The notes beneath the pieces were generated by a model that saw only the letters and a list, made by a program, of their open reading frames with translations, was not told the origin of the DNA and did no database searches. From positions 1-64,000 of the forward strand of contig CDMY01000688.1 in assembly GCA_001179505.1 (NCBI GenBank): DNA of 64,000 nt. Direction: 5' to 3'. The DNA comes from Vitrella brassicaformis CCMP3155. Lineage: Eukaryota; Protista; Chromerida. Shown piece by piece: positions 22,692 to 34,070 of the stretch (the stretch's first letter is position 1; every line of letters starts with the position of its first letter). A program made the position numbers and the translations under genes.

Positions 22692-24643
22692 ATGCAGCGC
22701 CTGATGTCACAGCCGCTGGGTCAGCCCGTCAACATCGGGCTGGTGGGCTTCGGCACCGTCGGCGGCGGTGTGGTGGATCTGCTCAAGACCAACCCCAATG
22801 TGGCCTTCAAGCGCATCATCGTCAAGAGTCCCAGCAAGAAGAGGGACGTGGACATCCCCAAAGGCTGCCAGGTCGTCACCGACTGGAAGAGCGTCGTGGA
22901 GAGCAATGACGTCGATGTGGTGGTGGAGGTCATGGGCGGTACGGGGCTGGCCAAGGACATCGTCATGACGGCCATGCAGAACGGCAAGCACGTCGTGACG
23001 GCCAACAAGGCGCTCCTCAGCAAGCACCTCGACGACCTCGTCAAGGTGCAGAAGGAGCACCCCAAGGTCTACCTGCTCTACGAGGCGGCCGTGTGCGGCG
23101 GCATCCCCATAATCAACGTCTTCTCCCGCTCAATGGCGTGGGACGACGTGAGCAAGATCGTGGGCATCATGAACGGCACCACCAACTTCATCATGACCGA
23201 GATGGAGGAGGACCCCAGCAAAAAGTACGAGGCCGTCCTCGCCGACGCGCAGAACAGGGGCTACGCCGAGGCCGACCCGTCCGCCGATGTGGAGGGGTGG
23301 GACGCCAGGTCGAAGCTCTGTCTGCTGGCCAAGCTGGCCTTCGGGCTGACCATTGACGAGGACAAGGTCTACTGCCAGGGCATCAGCAGAATCAAAGCCA
23401 TCGACTTCACTTACGGTCAGCCAACACAGATGGGGAGGGAAGGGTCTGTCTGTCTGCACGTGTGTTCAATGGCTGTGTTGGCGTGTGTATGATTGCAGCC
23501 AAGATGGTGGGCCACACGATCAAGCTGCTGGGTGTGGCAGAGAAGAGGCTGGCGGACGACGGCTCCGGTGCCCAAGTCGTCAACATATTCCTCTCGCCAT
23601 GCATGGTGGGCATGGGAGCCAATGGATGGATGGATGTGCTGCAGCATGGTCATGCTGTGCTGCTCGTTGTCTGTCTGTTCAGGTGTCTTTGTCCAACCCC
23701 ATCGGTCGCGTGAATGGCGTCACCAACGTGGTCGAAGTCACCTCACACAACCTTGGTAACACACACACGCATAAGACACGCCACGTCGCTCTGTCGATGT
23801 TAGGTCGACGTGTCTGTGTCTGTGTGTGTTGTTTGGCAATGTCAGGTCAGTCGTATTACATCGGTCCAGGTGCGGGTCGGTACCCCACTGCCAACTCAGT
23901 GGTGTCGGACATACTCGACCTCACATACCGCATTCAAAACGCCGCGGACGGAGGTACCCCGTGGGTGGGTCGTCGTGAGTGATACTATGTGTGAGTGTGT
24001 CGTGATGTGTTGTGTTTAGCGGTTGCTCCGCCGTGTTTCACGACAGAGAAGGTGGCCACGAACTACGAGTCGGACTTCAAGGCCGACTTCTACCTCAGGT
24101 AGGTACATGGCTGAGGCGGGTGGATGGGCGGACTCGGATCATGGCAGCATCTCTCTCTCTCTGTGTGTGTGCGCGTGTGTGTGTGTGCAGGTTCATTGTA
24201 GATGACAAGGTGGGTGTGATCCACAAGGTGTCGGGCCTCATGGCGCAGTTCGGCGTCTCCATCTTCTCCATACTGCAGGTAAGTGAGTCAAAGAATGAGG
24301 AGTCATGGGGGAGGAGGATGGTCTCCATCAACATGGCTCATGTGTCATTTCTCTCTCTCTCTCTGTGTCACGTCATGCAGGCGCCCATCACGAACCCCAA
24401 GCAGGTGCCCTTCGCCATCATCACCGAGAGCTGCCGACTCTCCACGGTCAGTGTCGTCTGCCTCTCACACAGAGGGAGAGAGAAAGATGTATGTACTGCT
24501 CATTGGTTGCTGTTTGTGTGTGGTGTGTGGTATATCTCATGTGTGTGCAGATCCGCCAGGTGTGCAAGAAGCTGGCAGACGGCCGCAGGGGAGAGTTTGA
24601 TTTCCTCCTCGAGGACCCCTTCTTCGCACCCTACCTGGGATAA
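22692..24643 (+). CDS. hom: Homoserine dehydrogenase with C-terminal ACT domain (multi-exon)
   Basis: IGLVGFGTVGGGV (NAD-binding), GKHVVTANKAL, YEAAVCGGIPII, GIMNGTTNFI, GYAEADPSADVEGWDARSK, GPGAGRYPTANSVVSDI; ACT-like FIVDDKVGVIHKVSGLMAQFGVSIFSILQ. Confidence 0.95.
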
Positions 24644-25161
24644 GAAGACACGGCTGCCTGATGTTCGTGCTCTGCCTGCCTGTGGGCCTGGCCGCTCCGT
24701 TGATGTGTGGATGATGTCATGTCACTTTATTTGGGTGGGTGACGGCCTGCCTGTTGCCACGTGGTTTTGATGTATTTATTTCTTCATGTCGCGGGCGGTA
24801 TGGCATGGCATCGCATTCTTGAGCGATATACCCTGGCTGTGTTGTTGTTGGTCTGTGTGTGGGACTGACGGCGGTAATTGTCTCGTTGAATGCACCTCTG
24901 AGTCGGTCATCCTCCCCCCGCCCCCACAGACACCCGAGCAAGTGTCAGCCGACGCACCCACGCACACACCACAGAATGTCACCCGAACAAATAAGCCGAA
25001 CGGACAGGTCAGGTCAGGAATGAGATCACACCGCTTCACCCCTCGCCCCCTAAGCAGCACAAATCGATAGGGTAGGACAGACGCACACTAAGCAAGCAGT
25101 CCAGTGAGAGCAAGAGCAAATGAGCTAACTGTAGTCCATCCGCCCCGACGGACAACCAACA

Positions 25162-26966
25162 TCATTCTTCGTACCCCTCGGAGGCCATCCACATCGGATG
25201 TGCGACGCCATGCACCGCAGCCAGGGCCTCCGTTGTCGCCCTCACGCCACTGTGCACGGCCCCGTGGACACACTGGTTGCCCGACACACTGATGTCAATC
25301 AAAGACACATCGGAAGGAAAAGGCGGATGAATAGGCGGGGCCTCACCAACACATATATGGCGCCGATCTCATCTGCCCTCCTCACTCATCTCACCTGGTG
25401 GCCTCGCCCGCGAAGAAGACGGCAGGTCGCGTGTCGACCCCGTTCTTGGAGTCGGGCTCCGGGTGAGCAGTGGCCAGGTCCTCGATGTGCTCGAGGCTGC
25501 CCCCCGGCCGATAGTAGCTGTAGGACCCCAGCGAGAAGACGTCAGTGTCCCACTGAGTCACCTCGGCGTCGATCAGCAGCTTCCGCAGAGACGACACGGA
25601 CGGGCGGATGCCGTTGGTCTGCATGGTGGTGAGGACCTTCAGGGCATTGGTGACGGTCTGCTCTCTGTCGACGTTGAAGTAACCGAACAGATGACCCACC
25701 TGGACCAACAGGGAGAGCAAAGCAAGGCAAGGCAACCTCAGAGATGAAGGGCTCGCCACCTGTGTGTGTGTGTGTGTTGCGTGTGCGCACCAGTGTGTTG
25801 GTCGCTTTGCTGGGGTCGAATGCGTGGAGGTTCATGAACTGCACGGACTCGTCAGGGGTGTTGAGGAACTGGGCGGTCTCATCCCAGAAACACTCCTTGA
25901 ACCTCATTATCACCTACACGAGTGCAACAAGAAGTCAAAGGCAGTCATCAATCACTGCTCCCCATTATCACTGCTTGTCGTCAGGAGCGTTCCTCACCTT
26001 GTTGTGTCCCCCGCCGCCCACATGCTCAAACGCCTCCCTCTTGGCCTCGCTGAGTGGGGGGTCGAAGACGATACGCGAACGGGATGTGTTGCTGGGGTTC
26101 AGCACGCCCACGGGCACCGTGACGATCGCCTTGAGTGCACGATACACCTCCCCTGCCTCGGTCGTCACCTCCACGTGCTGGGACCCCTCGACAATGCCCA
26201 CATGGTTGACGATAGCGTTGAGGACGATGTTGTCCTCAAGGTCGGCCGATTGGACTAGGCAGTCAGGCAGCCAGCTGTACCCCCCTGTGCTCAGCCGGTC
26301 ACCGATGGTCAGCTGACATCACACAGACACACAGACACGAACATGGTGTGTGGATGAGTGGCTGTCTGGCACATCGGATCAGGTTCTTACCTTGTGGTCG
26401 AGATTGGGGTTGACAAAGGGGTCATAGCTGCGTGCCACGGCCTCCCCAGCCTTGCGCTTCCGGCCCTTGCCCTTGACCCCCTTCTTGGCCTTCTTGACCT
26501 TGGGAATGGGCACCTCGCGGTGCTCTCCGTCTTCTTGCTCGTCTCCCCCGTCCTCATCGCCCCGCTTCCTCTTACCCTGCCCCTGATCTCTCTTAAGCCG
26601 CGCAATGTCATCGCCTGTCAGCTTGAAGAGATCAAGCGTCAAATAGGCCTGCATGCCCTCCACATCCATGGCCACGAGACCATCAGACGACGATGACGAC
26701 GCTGCCGAATCGCCAGCCTGGCCGGCAGGTGCGTGGGGCTGGCCGTCATAGAACGAAAGGGATGGTGTGGGGATGGGGAGGTAGCCCTTGCCCCTCATAA
26801 ACCGGTTCATGTAGGTCGTGTCGCCGGCTGCGCGTCCGTCCACCTGTCGTTTCTCCAGGTCGGTGCGGCGCTTCTTCAGTGTGGGGGGGTGCTCTTCAGC
26901 TAGGGTGGCGAGGGTGGGCAGCAGGGCGAAGTCGTCGAGCGTGCAGTTGTAGCCAGACAGTTCTTT
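25162..26966 (-). CDS. Flavin-containing amine oxidase (polyamine oxidase/LSD1-like), 5' part not found
   Basis: GDRLSTGGYSWL, AIVTVPVGVL, IVFDPPLSEAKREA, IMRFKECFWD, TQWDTDVFSLGSYSY, VFFAGEAT, CVHGAVHSGVRA. No N-terminal GxGxxG exon located. Confidence 0.85.
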
Positions 26967-27013
26967 CTGAACACAAAGTTCTCCCGCATGTCTCTGTCTT
27001 ACCTGTCATTCAG

Positions 27014-29514
27014 CGTCCCCCGGCTGCGCGGCCGTGGTGCTGCAGAACCGAGACGCCCCGAATGGCGTCTACACCCTGATGGTCCAGGGCCGCGCACTCC
27101 GCACCTACTGCGTGTTCGACCGTGAGAGGGGCACCATATGGACGCTGATCCGGTCCATCACGCTGAAGGACTACAGGAGTCCGCAGGGCGTGAGGGGAGT
27201 GCCATTCAACGCCGGCTACCGCGGGCCTGTGAAGCTTGAAACACTCAACAAAGCCGTCAAGGAGCCTCCGCGCGGAACTTTCACGCTCGAACATGGTGTG
27301 TCGGTCGAAACGGGGGGGGGGGGGGGGGGNNNNNNNNNNNNNNNNNNNNNNNNNNNNNNNNNNNNNNNNNNNNNNNNNNNNNNNNNNNNNNNNNNNNNNN
27401 NNNNNNNNNNNNNNNNNNNNNNNNNNNNNNNNNNNNNNNNNNNNNNNNNNNNNNNNNNNNNNNNNNNNNNNNNNNNNNNNNNNNNNNNNNNNNNNNNNNN
27501 NNNNNNNNNNNNNNNNNNNNNNNNNNNNNNNNNNNNNNNNNNNNNNNNNNNNNNNNNNNNNNNNNNNNNNNNNNNNNNNNNNNNNNNNNNNNNNNNNNNN
27601 NNNNNNNNNNNNNNNNNNNNNNNNNNNNNGGGGGGGGGGAGAAAGGGTCAGCTGTCTTTGTCTACGGGTGACTGTGTTTGCTCATCAGATCCCCTCTTCA
27701 ATATGGTTGAGGACAAGGAGGCTGCGTGGACGTACTTTCTCGCCACGTGCAACTTCGACACCTCCCAGGACCGCGACTTTATCCTTATCCCTCTGATGAA
27801 GGGCGACCCGTTTCCAATCGCCTTCGATGCTGAGAACCTCTGCATGCCCGTCGAAAGGTCACCGCGAGACCACCAACGACGATATTATCCACTCTTCGTA
27901 TGCTGCCTCGTTTGCTCCCAGTTATGACATTCGCGGCCACTCGTGTCTCCCGCCCAAGTCATGTGAGCTGCCGTTCAGCCACGGGATGGGTCGGTATGAC
28001 TTCCATGTGGACTCATACATGGCGTCCAAGGGCGTGTGTGAGGGGGATCTGACCATCACGAGGGCCAAGGAGGGAGGGGAAGACAACTTCGGCTACTACA
28101 AGCGCGTCAACAAGGAGTTACGTGCAGCTATGACGACAAGTCCACCACCAACTTCTGGCTGGGGGAGAAGTGTAGGCGCAGCAGCTGCGATGGCATCTCA
28201 GTAGCAAATGTGCAGCGATTCGTCCCTTGTTGTGTGCCTCAGTCCCTGAGCCGAGCAAGGTGTGCGGCCATCCGTTCGAGTATCGGCTGATAGCTGGCTT
28301 CAAGTGCTCAGAGGACATCTTGAGAGAGCTCGACTGGCTCGGCCTGTATGGGCACGACCGAGTCAAAAAGGAGCTGGTGTGCAGGGGCGAGTGCGCTTTC
28401 CACCCATTCTGCATCGCATATAGCCTGGAGGTGCGATCCATGTGGCAGAGAGAGACTGCATGTGAGTCTTTGTGTGCAGGTTGACCCAAAGAACAGGAGC
28501 GTGACGACGTGCACTCTGTGCAAACGCGCGGACACGTGGAATCAGCAGGACAGCGTGTGGAGCGGCTACAAGCTCTTCGACGTCTCCGCTAACCAGGCGT
28601 GCACCATATCTGACGGATGCTTCCTGCAGGCGCAAAAGAGCGAATCGAGTGTGTGCGCACAAAGGACAACACACTGCAACCGACACATCGGGGGGGGGGG
28701 GTATGTGTGCAGGTGAGCAGATGGCGTGTGACCACAGTGCGGGCCCGCCGCGCAGCGTTGGCATCCCGAGTGTGGCCATCCACCGGGTGGCCGACATCAG
28801 CATACACGATTCCGTGACCAGCAAACCTGAACAGGACATGCTCTGCAGGTCAGCAGGCAGCCCAACACACCGCACCACACCGCACCTGCATGCACCATAT
28901 GTGTCCGTCTGTCTCCATGTATTGGTTGGACCCACACTGCACTGCAGGGCGTATATGGTGGATGAGCTGCTTCGGTATGACGAAGGGAGGGATATAGGGT
29001 GTTACGAGATCCAGAGGGACCGCAGCGGGGAGGTCGGCAACACCTGGTGCAACCTATACGACAACACACGAATGACGCAGGCGGGCGGCAGCTACCGCAG
29101 TGGCAGGGTGACCTTCCCACTCTGCCCAAAAGAAAGTGAGCACTGCACTGCCGCACACACACGACACGAGAGACACGCATTCTGGTTGAGACACACTCTT
29201 TTCTCTCCCGATCAGAGCGTGAGCTGAACGCCACTGCGGCAAATGCCACCTCCCTGCCGCCTGGGGAAGTTATAAGGACTGAAGATAACTTGGTTGATTA
29301 TGGCGATAATGCCACTTCGAGCGTCTCCATGCTGTCTCTCTCTTCTCGATCGAGAACGAGGAGAGGCTGGCACGGCGGATGGGGCGTCGACAGACGGCAC
29401 CTGCAACTGCTCAAGGGCGACACGAGTCCCAATGTCACGGTGGCCAAGACAGATAATGCTTCGCACGTGTTATCGTTGAGCCATGACGGTGAAAGGACGA
29501 AACACTTACCATAG
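27014..29514 (+). CDS. Cys-rich extracellular protein with a fibrinogen-related/NEC-like domain and PAN/apple-like modules (5' part not found; contains a gap)
   Basis: GCAAVVLQNRDAPNGVYTL...RTYCVFDRERGTIWTLI, YDIRGHSC...YDFHVDSY, CRGECAFHPFCIAYS. Final exon has several N-x-S/T sequons. Confidence 0.6.
27330..27629. other. Assembly gap (300 N) flanked by poly-G
   Basis: Seen directly. Confidence 0.99.
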
Positions 29515-29786
29515 CAATGTGTTCATGCGCAGCATGTGTACGTGGTGAGTGTCCTTTCTGCTGGCTGCGGCAGTGCTGCCGCACGTTCGCTAGTCGCTAG
29601 ATGATGCCTTCCTGTTAGTCACATGTGTGGCATTCGCTTTTGCCATTAATTGGTCTTCATGTGTATGTGTGTGTCTGTGTTAACTAATGACCTTTATGCG
29701 TCGCATACCCATCTATCATGTCGCCCTCATCTCTAAGCTTCACAAACACGGTGTCGACATGCACGTCAGCCTAGCTCAGCCCGTAT

Positions 29787-32554
29787 TCATGAGTCTATTG
29801 GCTGTTGTCCTTGGGCCTCGGTGATAGACATGTCCGGGGAGAGAGGCCGATCCAGCCAGACCTGCGACCACATAGCCAAATCCATTGGGGAAGTGAGAAG
29901 GTGACGCGCCGGGTGGCTTACTTTTGTGGTGGTGCTGGTGGTGGTTTGGCCTGCATCTCGTCAAAGAAGGACGACATCTGTGTGTCGACCTGACCAAAGA
30001 CGGAGAGGACGGCGGAGTACGTGGTACCTGCATGTTGCCGCTGTATGCCTACAGAGTTGAGTTGCATTCTCAGGACATCGTTTTTCTGTCTCCTCAATGT
30101 CGCTATCTCCTCGAGCAAACTTTGCTGACACACACACACATACCTACGTCGTACAGGCTCTCGGGTTCTCGGATTTGTGTCTCTCTCAGGCTGACCAGGA
30201 CTTTTGCCTCTCTGCCCTGGTCAGTGTCGGCTATCTCCTTGAAGCTGGCAACAATCTCACTGCACACACACACACACAAAAACACACACACAGCGCCCAG
30301 TCAGTGTTGTTTTCTTCCCAAGTGTATGTGTGTGTACTTCAGTGAGTGGTCAGAAGAGTAGAGGGTCTCCCTTGCGCCCGTGAAGGTGCCCTTGAGTGTC
30401 ATCTCGGATACGTCTGTTTCCCTCAGTGCACTGAGCTTGGCCTCACACAGGTCGACCATCCTGCTGGAACCATTGCCGCCCTCTGAAACACACAAGAATA
30501 AACAGCACAGAAGAGATTCATTTGTACTGAGTGTTTACGACGTGTGTCCCGCCCACCGGTTGCTGATGCGGCTGCTCTCTTTGACAGGTCCCATAGCAAC
30601 TGCTTCCGCCGATGCCACAGACGGACCTGAGAGACGTGCAGGCAGTGAGTGGGATCTGCAGAGTGGATGGATGGATGGATGGCTCATGCCATGCCATGCG
30701 TGTCCCTCCCTCGTACACACCTTACTTACCGCATCCTCAGCCTTTTTCTTCTTCTCCTGCTGCTTCATCTTCTCCTGCAAAAATGCATGACCGAGATGAA
30801 TGACACGCGCAGTTTGGCTTCCTCCCGCCTGCCCAACTCTCTCACTGTTTCCAGCTCCCCCCTCTGCAGCATCAGTGCCATTCGGCTGCTCTGGTTGGCC
30901 CTTCACGGACGCACCCACATATATGGTGGAGGTCTGTGTGTCTCTGTGTGTGTGTCCTCACTCTTGGAAATGCATCGCATCGGCCAATTTCATCTGCAGC
31001 GCGCGCAAGGGCTGACCTTGCAGGTCGTTTTCCTTGGCCTTGAGCTCATCAATTGTCTCCGACAGGTGCTTCTCCTGCTGCTCCACACTCACTGCGACAC
31101 AGGCACCGGCGGACAGCGGCAAAGTATGTGTACGTCTCGTGTCTCTCCTTCTCTCTGTGTGACCGATTTGTTGTTTGATATCTTCAAGCTCGGTGTCTAT
31201 GGATGTGTTGGTGTGGGCGGCCGCTGCCCTCTCGTCACGCTGAAACAAGCGGACGGGGGAGCTTTCACGTAAGTCAGGTGCGGTGGTCCTTAGTACGTAC
31301 CTCCGCTGAGATGAATTCATCAATGCTGCTGAGGAACTCATCCAGCTCACGATTGCCCACTTCCAGATCACGCACCTTCGCCTTGGACGTCTCCTTCTTA
31401 TCCGAGACACGCCGCTCAGCTGCACACAGAGTGACTGTCTCCGTGAATTAGTGTTCCACGTGGTGCCGGCAGTGATTACCCTTAGTCTTGGAAAGAGTCT
31501 TCTGCAGGGACTCCACCTGTTCTTCCAGGTACTTGACGTGGTCCGGATCGCCCGTCGTGCCGGCGATTGTCTTGGTGCTGACGCATACAGTGACGCCCCT
31601 CATCCGGCCCACAAACTGGCTGGCCCTCACGACGCATGTCGGCTTGGCGGGGTTGAGGGCGCCACCGCTGAGGAACACAGCCGCCTCCCCCCACACGTAG
31701 ACCTCGCCTTCAGCGGTGACCGCCGCTGAGGAGTGAGGGCCCGCTGATATGTGCTTGCAACGGGACATGACCTGAATGGATGGATGGACATGACATCGAT
31801 GCGTGTGCAGCCTAGCCTAGCCTGCCATGTGTGTGCCTTCCTTGTTTGCAAGGCAATGCATACCTTGACCGGCTCTGTCTTGTCGTGGCTGTCATTGCAA
31901 CCGACTTGGCCGCTTTTGTTGCGGCCCCATGCAAAGACACTGCCGTCCACTGCCAACGCCAAGCTGTGGTGCTTCCCTGCACGAATGCGGGCAGCGCATG
32001 AGCATGGAGAATCCGTCTCGTTGGTTAAAGGAAAAACAGAAGCTGACCACAGGCGACCACCTTGACTTGATGGTCAAGGAGTGCATTGATGGGAAAGGGC
32101 TGCTCGTTTTCTTCCTGAGAAGGAAAGGCACAATCGATCTACCAGCTGAGAATGACAACAACGTGCCCTTCTGTCTCTCTTGCCCTTTTCTGTGCCGGAC
32201 GCCCCAGCTGCCCATACTCATTGTCCCCCCAAGAATACACAATGCCCTCATCTGCAAGACATCACACACACACCAGGCACAAACAACCACAGCCATCGAT
32301 TCAGTGCAATGTGAGACAAGCCTGATCTAAGCCCCACCAGTGGCCAGGAGGCCGTGCCGCTCTCCAATGGCCACCGCTATCACCAATCTGCCAGGCGGAG
32401 GCGCCTCCTTCGCCGCTCCATTGACGAAGTAAGATGCCCGCACGTCGCCTCTTTGCGCCTTGTACCCGATCATCTGGGCGGGCGGACGCAAGCAAAGCGC
32501 TCACACAGCGACAGAGAAGCCTTGCTGCCAGGCAAAAAGATCACTGGAGGCCAT
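29787..32554 (-). CDS. RCC1-repeat protein with C-terminal coiled coil (multi-exon)
   Basis: [81 protein letters not shown]; later exons are E/K/L-rich heptads. Confidence 0.85.
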
Positions 32555-32939
32555 GGAACCAAGACGCTTGCAAGCGCGCAACTTGAATGCGATCGCCCGA
32601 GGAGGAGGTCAAGAAAGCCTTGTCTTGACGTCTGAGGGGCTCCGCGTTGCCTTAGTTGTGCGTGAGGCGCCAAGGGGTTCGGCGACGGACAGCTCCCGAG
32701 ACGCCCAGCGCCACTTCCGAGTTCCAACCTCGAGGTTCCAACAGCAGAGTCTGACGGGCCTGAGACCCACAGAGGAGGGCTGTCCCGGGCAGCATTCAGC
32801 ACCTTGGGCTCAGCTGTGCTGCGTGTGTCCCATCAACTGTCTGCGAAGTCGTTGTTTCGGCCCCAGAGACGCCCATTCCGGTGTATCCGGTGTGACTTTG
32901 CGCGTCTGCGTGAGTTGGTGAAGTTTGTCGAGTGTCCCG

Positions 32940-33681
32940 ATGAAGCTGCAGCCGCGCAAGGAGCGCGAGAGAGCCTTGGAGAGGATCCGTAAGCCAACCT
33001 GGGCCGGTGACTGCATGCGCATGGGGTGTATGCTTCTTTATCCTTGCACGCATGCAGATGAGGTGATTCTGTTGTACCACAAGCCGGCGCCCACGCCCTC
33101 CACCATCCCAAAGGATCAGACGTACTTCAACAGTAAGTGCGCCCACAGCCCTTCTCACCAGCCATGAGCACATGCTGTGTGTCTGTGTTTGTGTGTGCGT
33201 GGTTGGCTGCTGGTCAGGTGTTGTGATCAAGCAGGAGCCGGTTGACGACGACTATTTGCCTCCCGTCCACCACGCCCCTCCCCAGCCCAAGCCCAAGCCC
33301 ACGCCAAGGCCCAAGAAGGCCAGCAAGCCCGCTGCGGTCAAGAAGCCGATAGTCAAGAAGACAGGCGCCGCCAAGAAGAAGCCAGCCCCGCGCAGACACG
33401 TCACATCAGCGCAGCGCAAGCAGGAGCGTGCTTCGAGCCCGCGGGCCCGAAGGGTGTCGACCTCGTCTGCCAAGAAGAGCAAGAGCGTGCCAGCCAAGAA
33501 GGTCGCCCCCAAGAAGCCGAAGGCCATGCCGACGGTGCGTGTCAAGCAGGAAGATGAGGACGAGCAGCCCAACATTGCCGTGGGGGCGGGGGCTCAGCCG
33601 GCAGCTGCGGCTGCGGTGCCGTCATCGGGTGGCGGGGGGCTGTTTGGGTTTGTCAAGGGGCTGTTTGGGGTGCGGGGGTGA
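32940..33681 (+). CDS. Small Lys/Pro/Ala-rich basic protein, histone H1 tail-like (3 exons)
   Basis: Phase-consistent splicing gives MKLQPRKERE...HEVILLYHKP...SVVIKQEPVDD...KKASKPAAVKKPIVKKTGAAKKKPAP...KKVAPKKPKA...GLFGFVKGLFGVRG*. Confidence 0.65.
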
Positions 33682-34070
33682 GTATGTGGGGGAGGCAGAG
33701 ATAGATAGGATGATGGATGGATGGATGGATGGAGGGAGGGAGGGAGGGAGGGAGGGAGATATGCCACATACCTCCACCCCTGTATAACTAGTGGACAGTT
33801 GAGTGAGCGAGCGAGTGAGGGGACACGCCTGTGGGTCGGGTCAGTGCAAGCAGACGCCAACTAGATGACCATTGAATGATGATAGACACGACACACCTGA
33901 CAGCGCATCGAAAGGGACGCAGTGTTTTCATGTCAATGGTCTGCAGCTCACACAACCCGCCACATCGGCTCGGTATGTCACACTCTACATGCGCACATCG
34001 GCTAAAAGACGCGCGACTAAATCGCCATCGCAATCGAGGCAGAACCACATAACGCCAGACAGTCTCTTGA

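Noticed and set aside
4518-24643. Bacterial contamination or operon because of nagB- and hom-type genes
   Set aside because: Both genes have multiple GT-AG introns with the same microsatellite style as their neighbours.
33172-33681. Dinoflagellate/viral nucleoprotein (DVNP)
   Set aside because: It is Lys-rich but has no recognisable DVNP core; similarity is compositional only.
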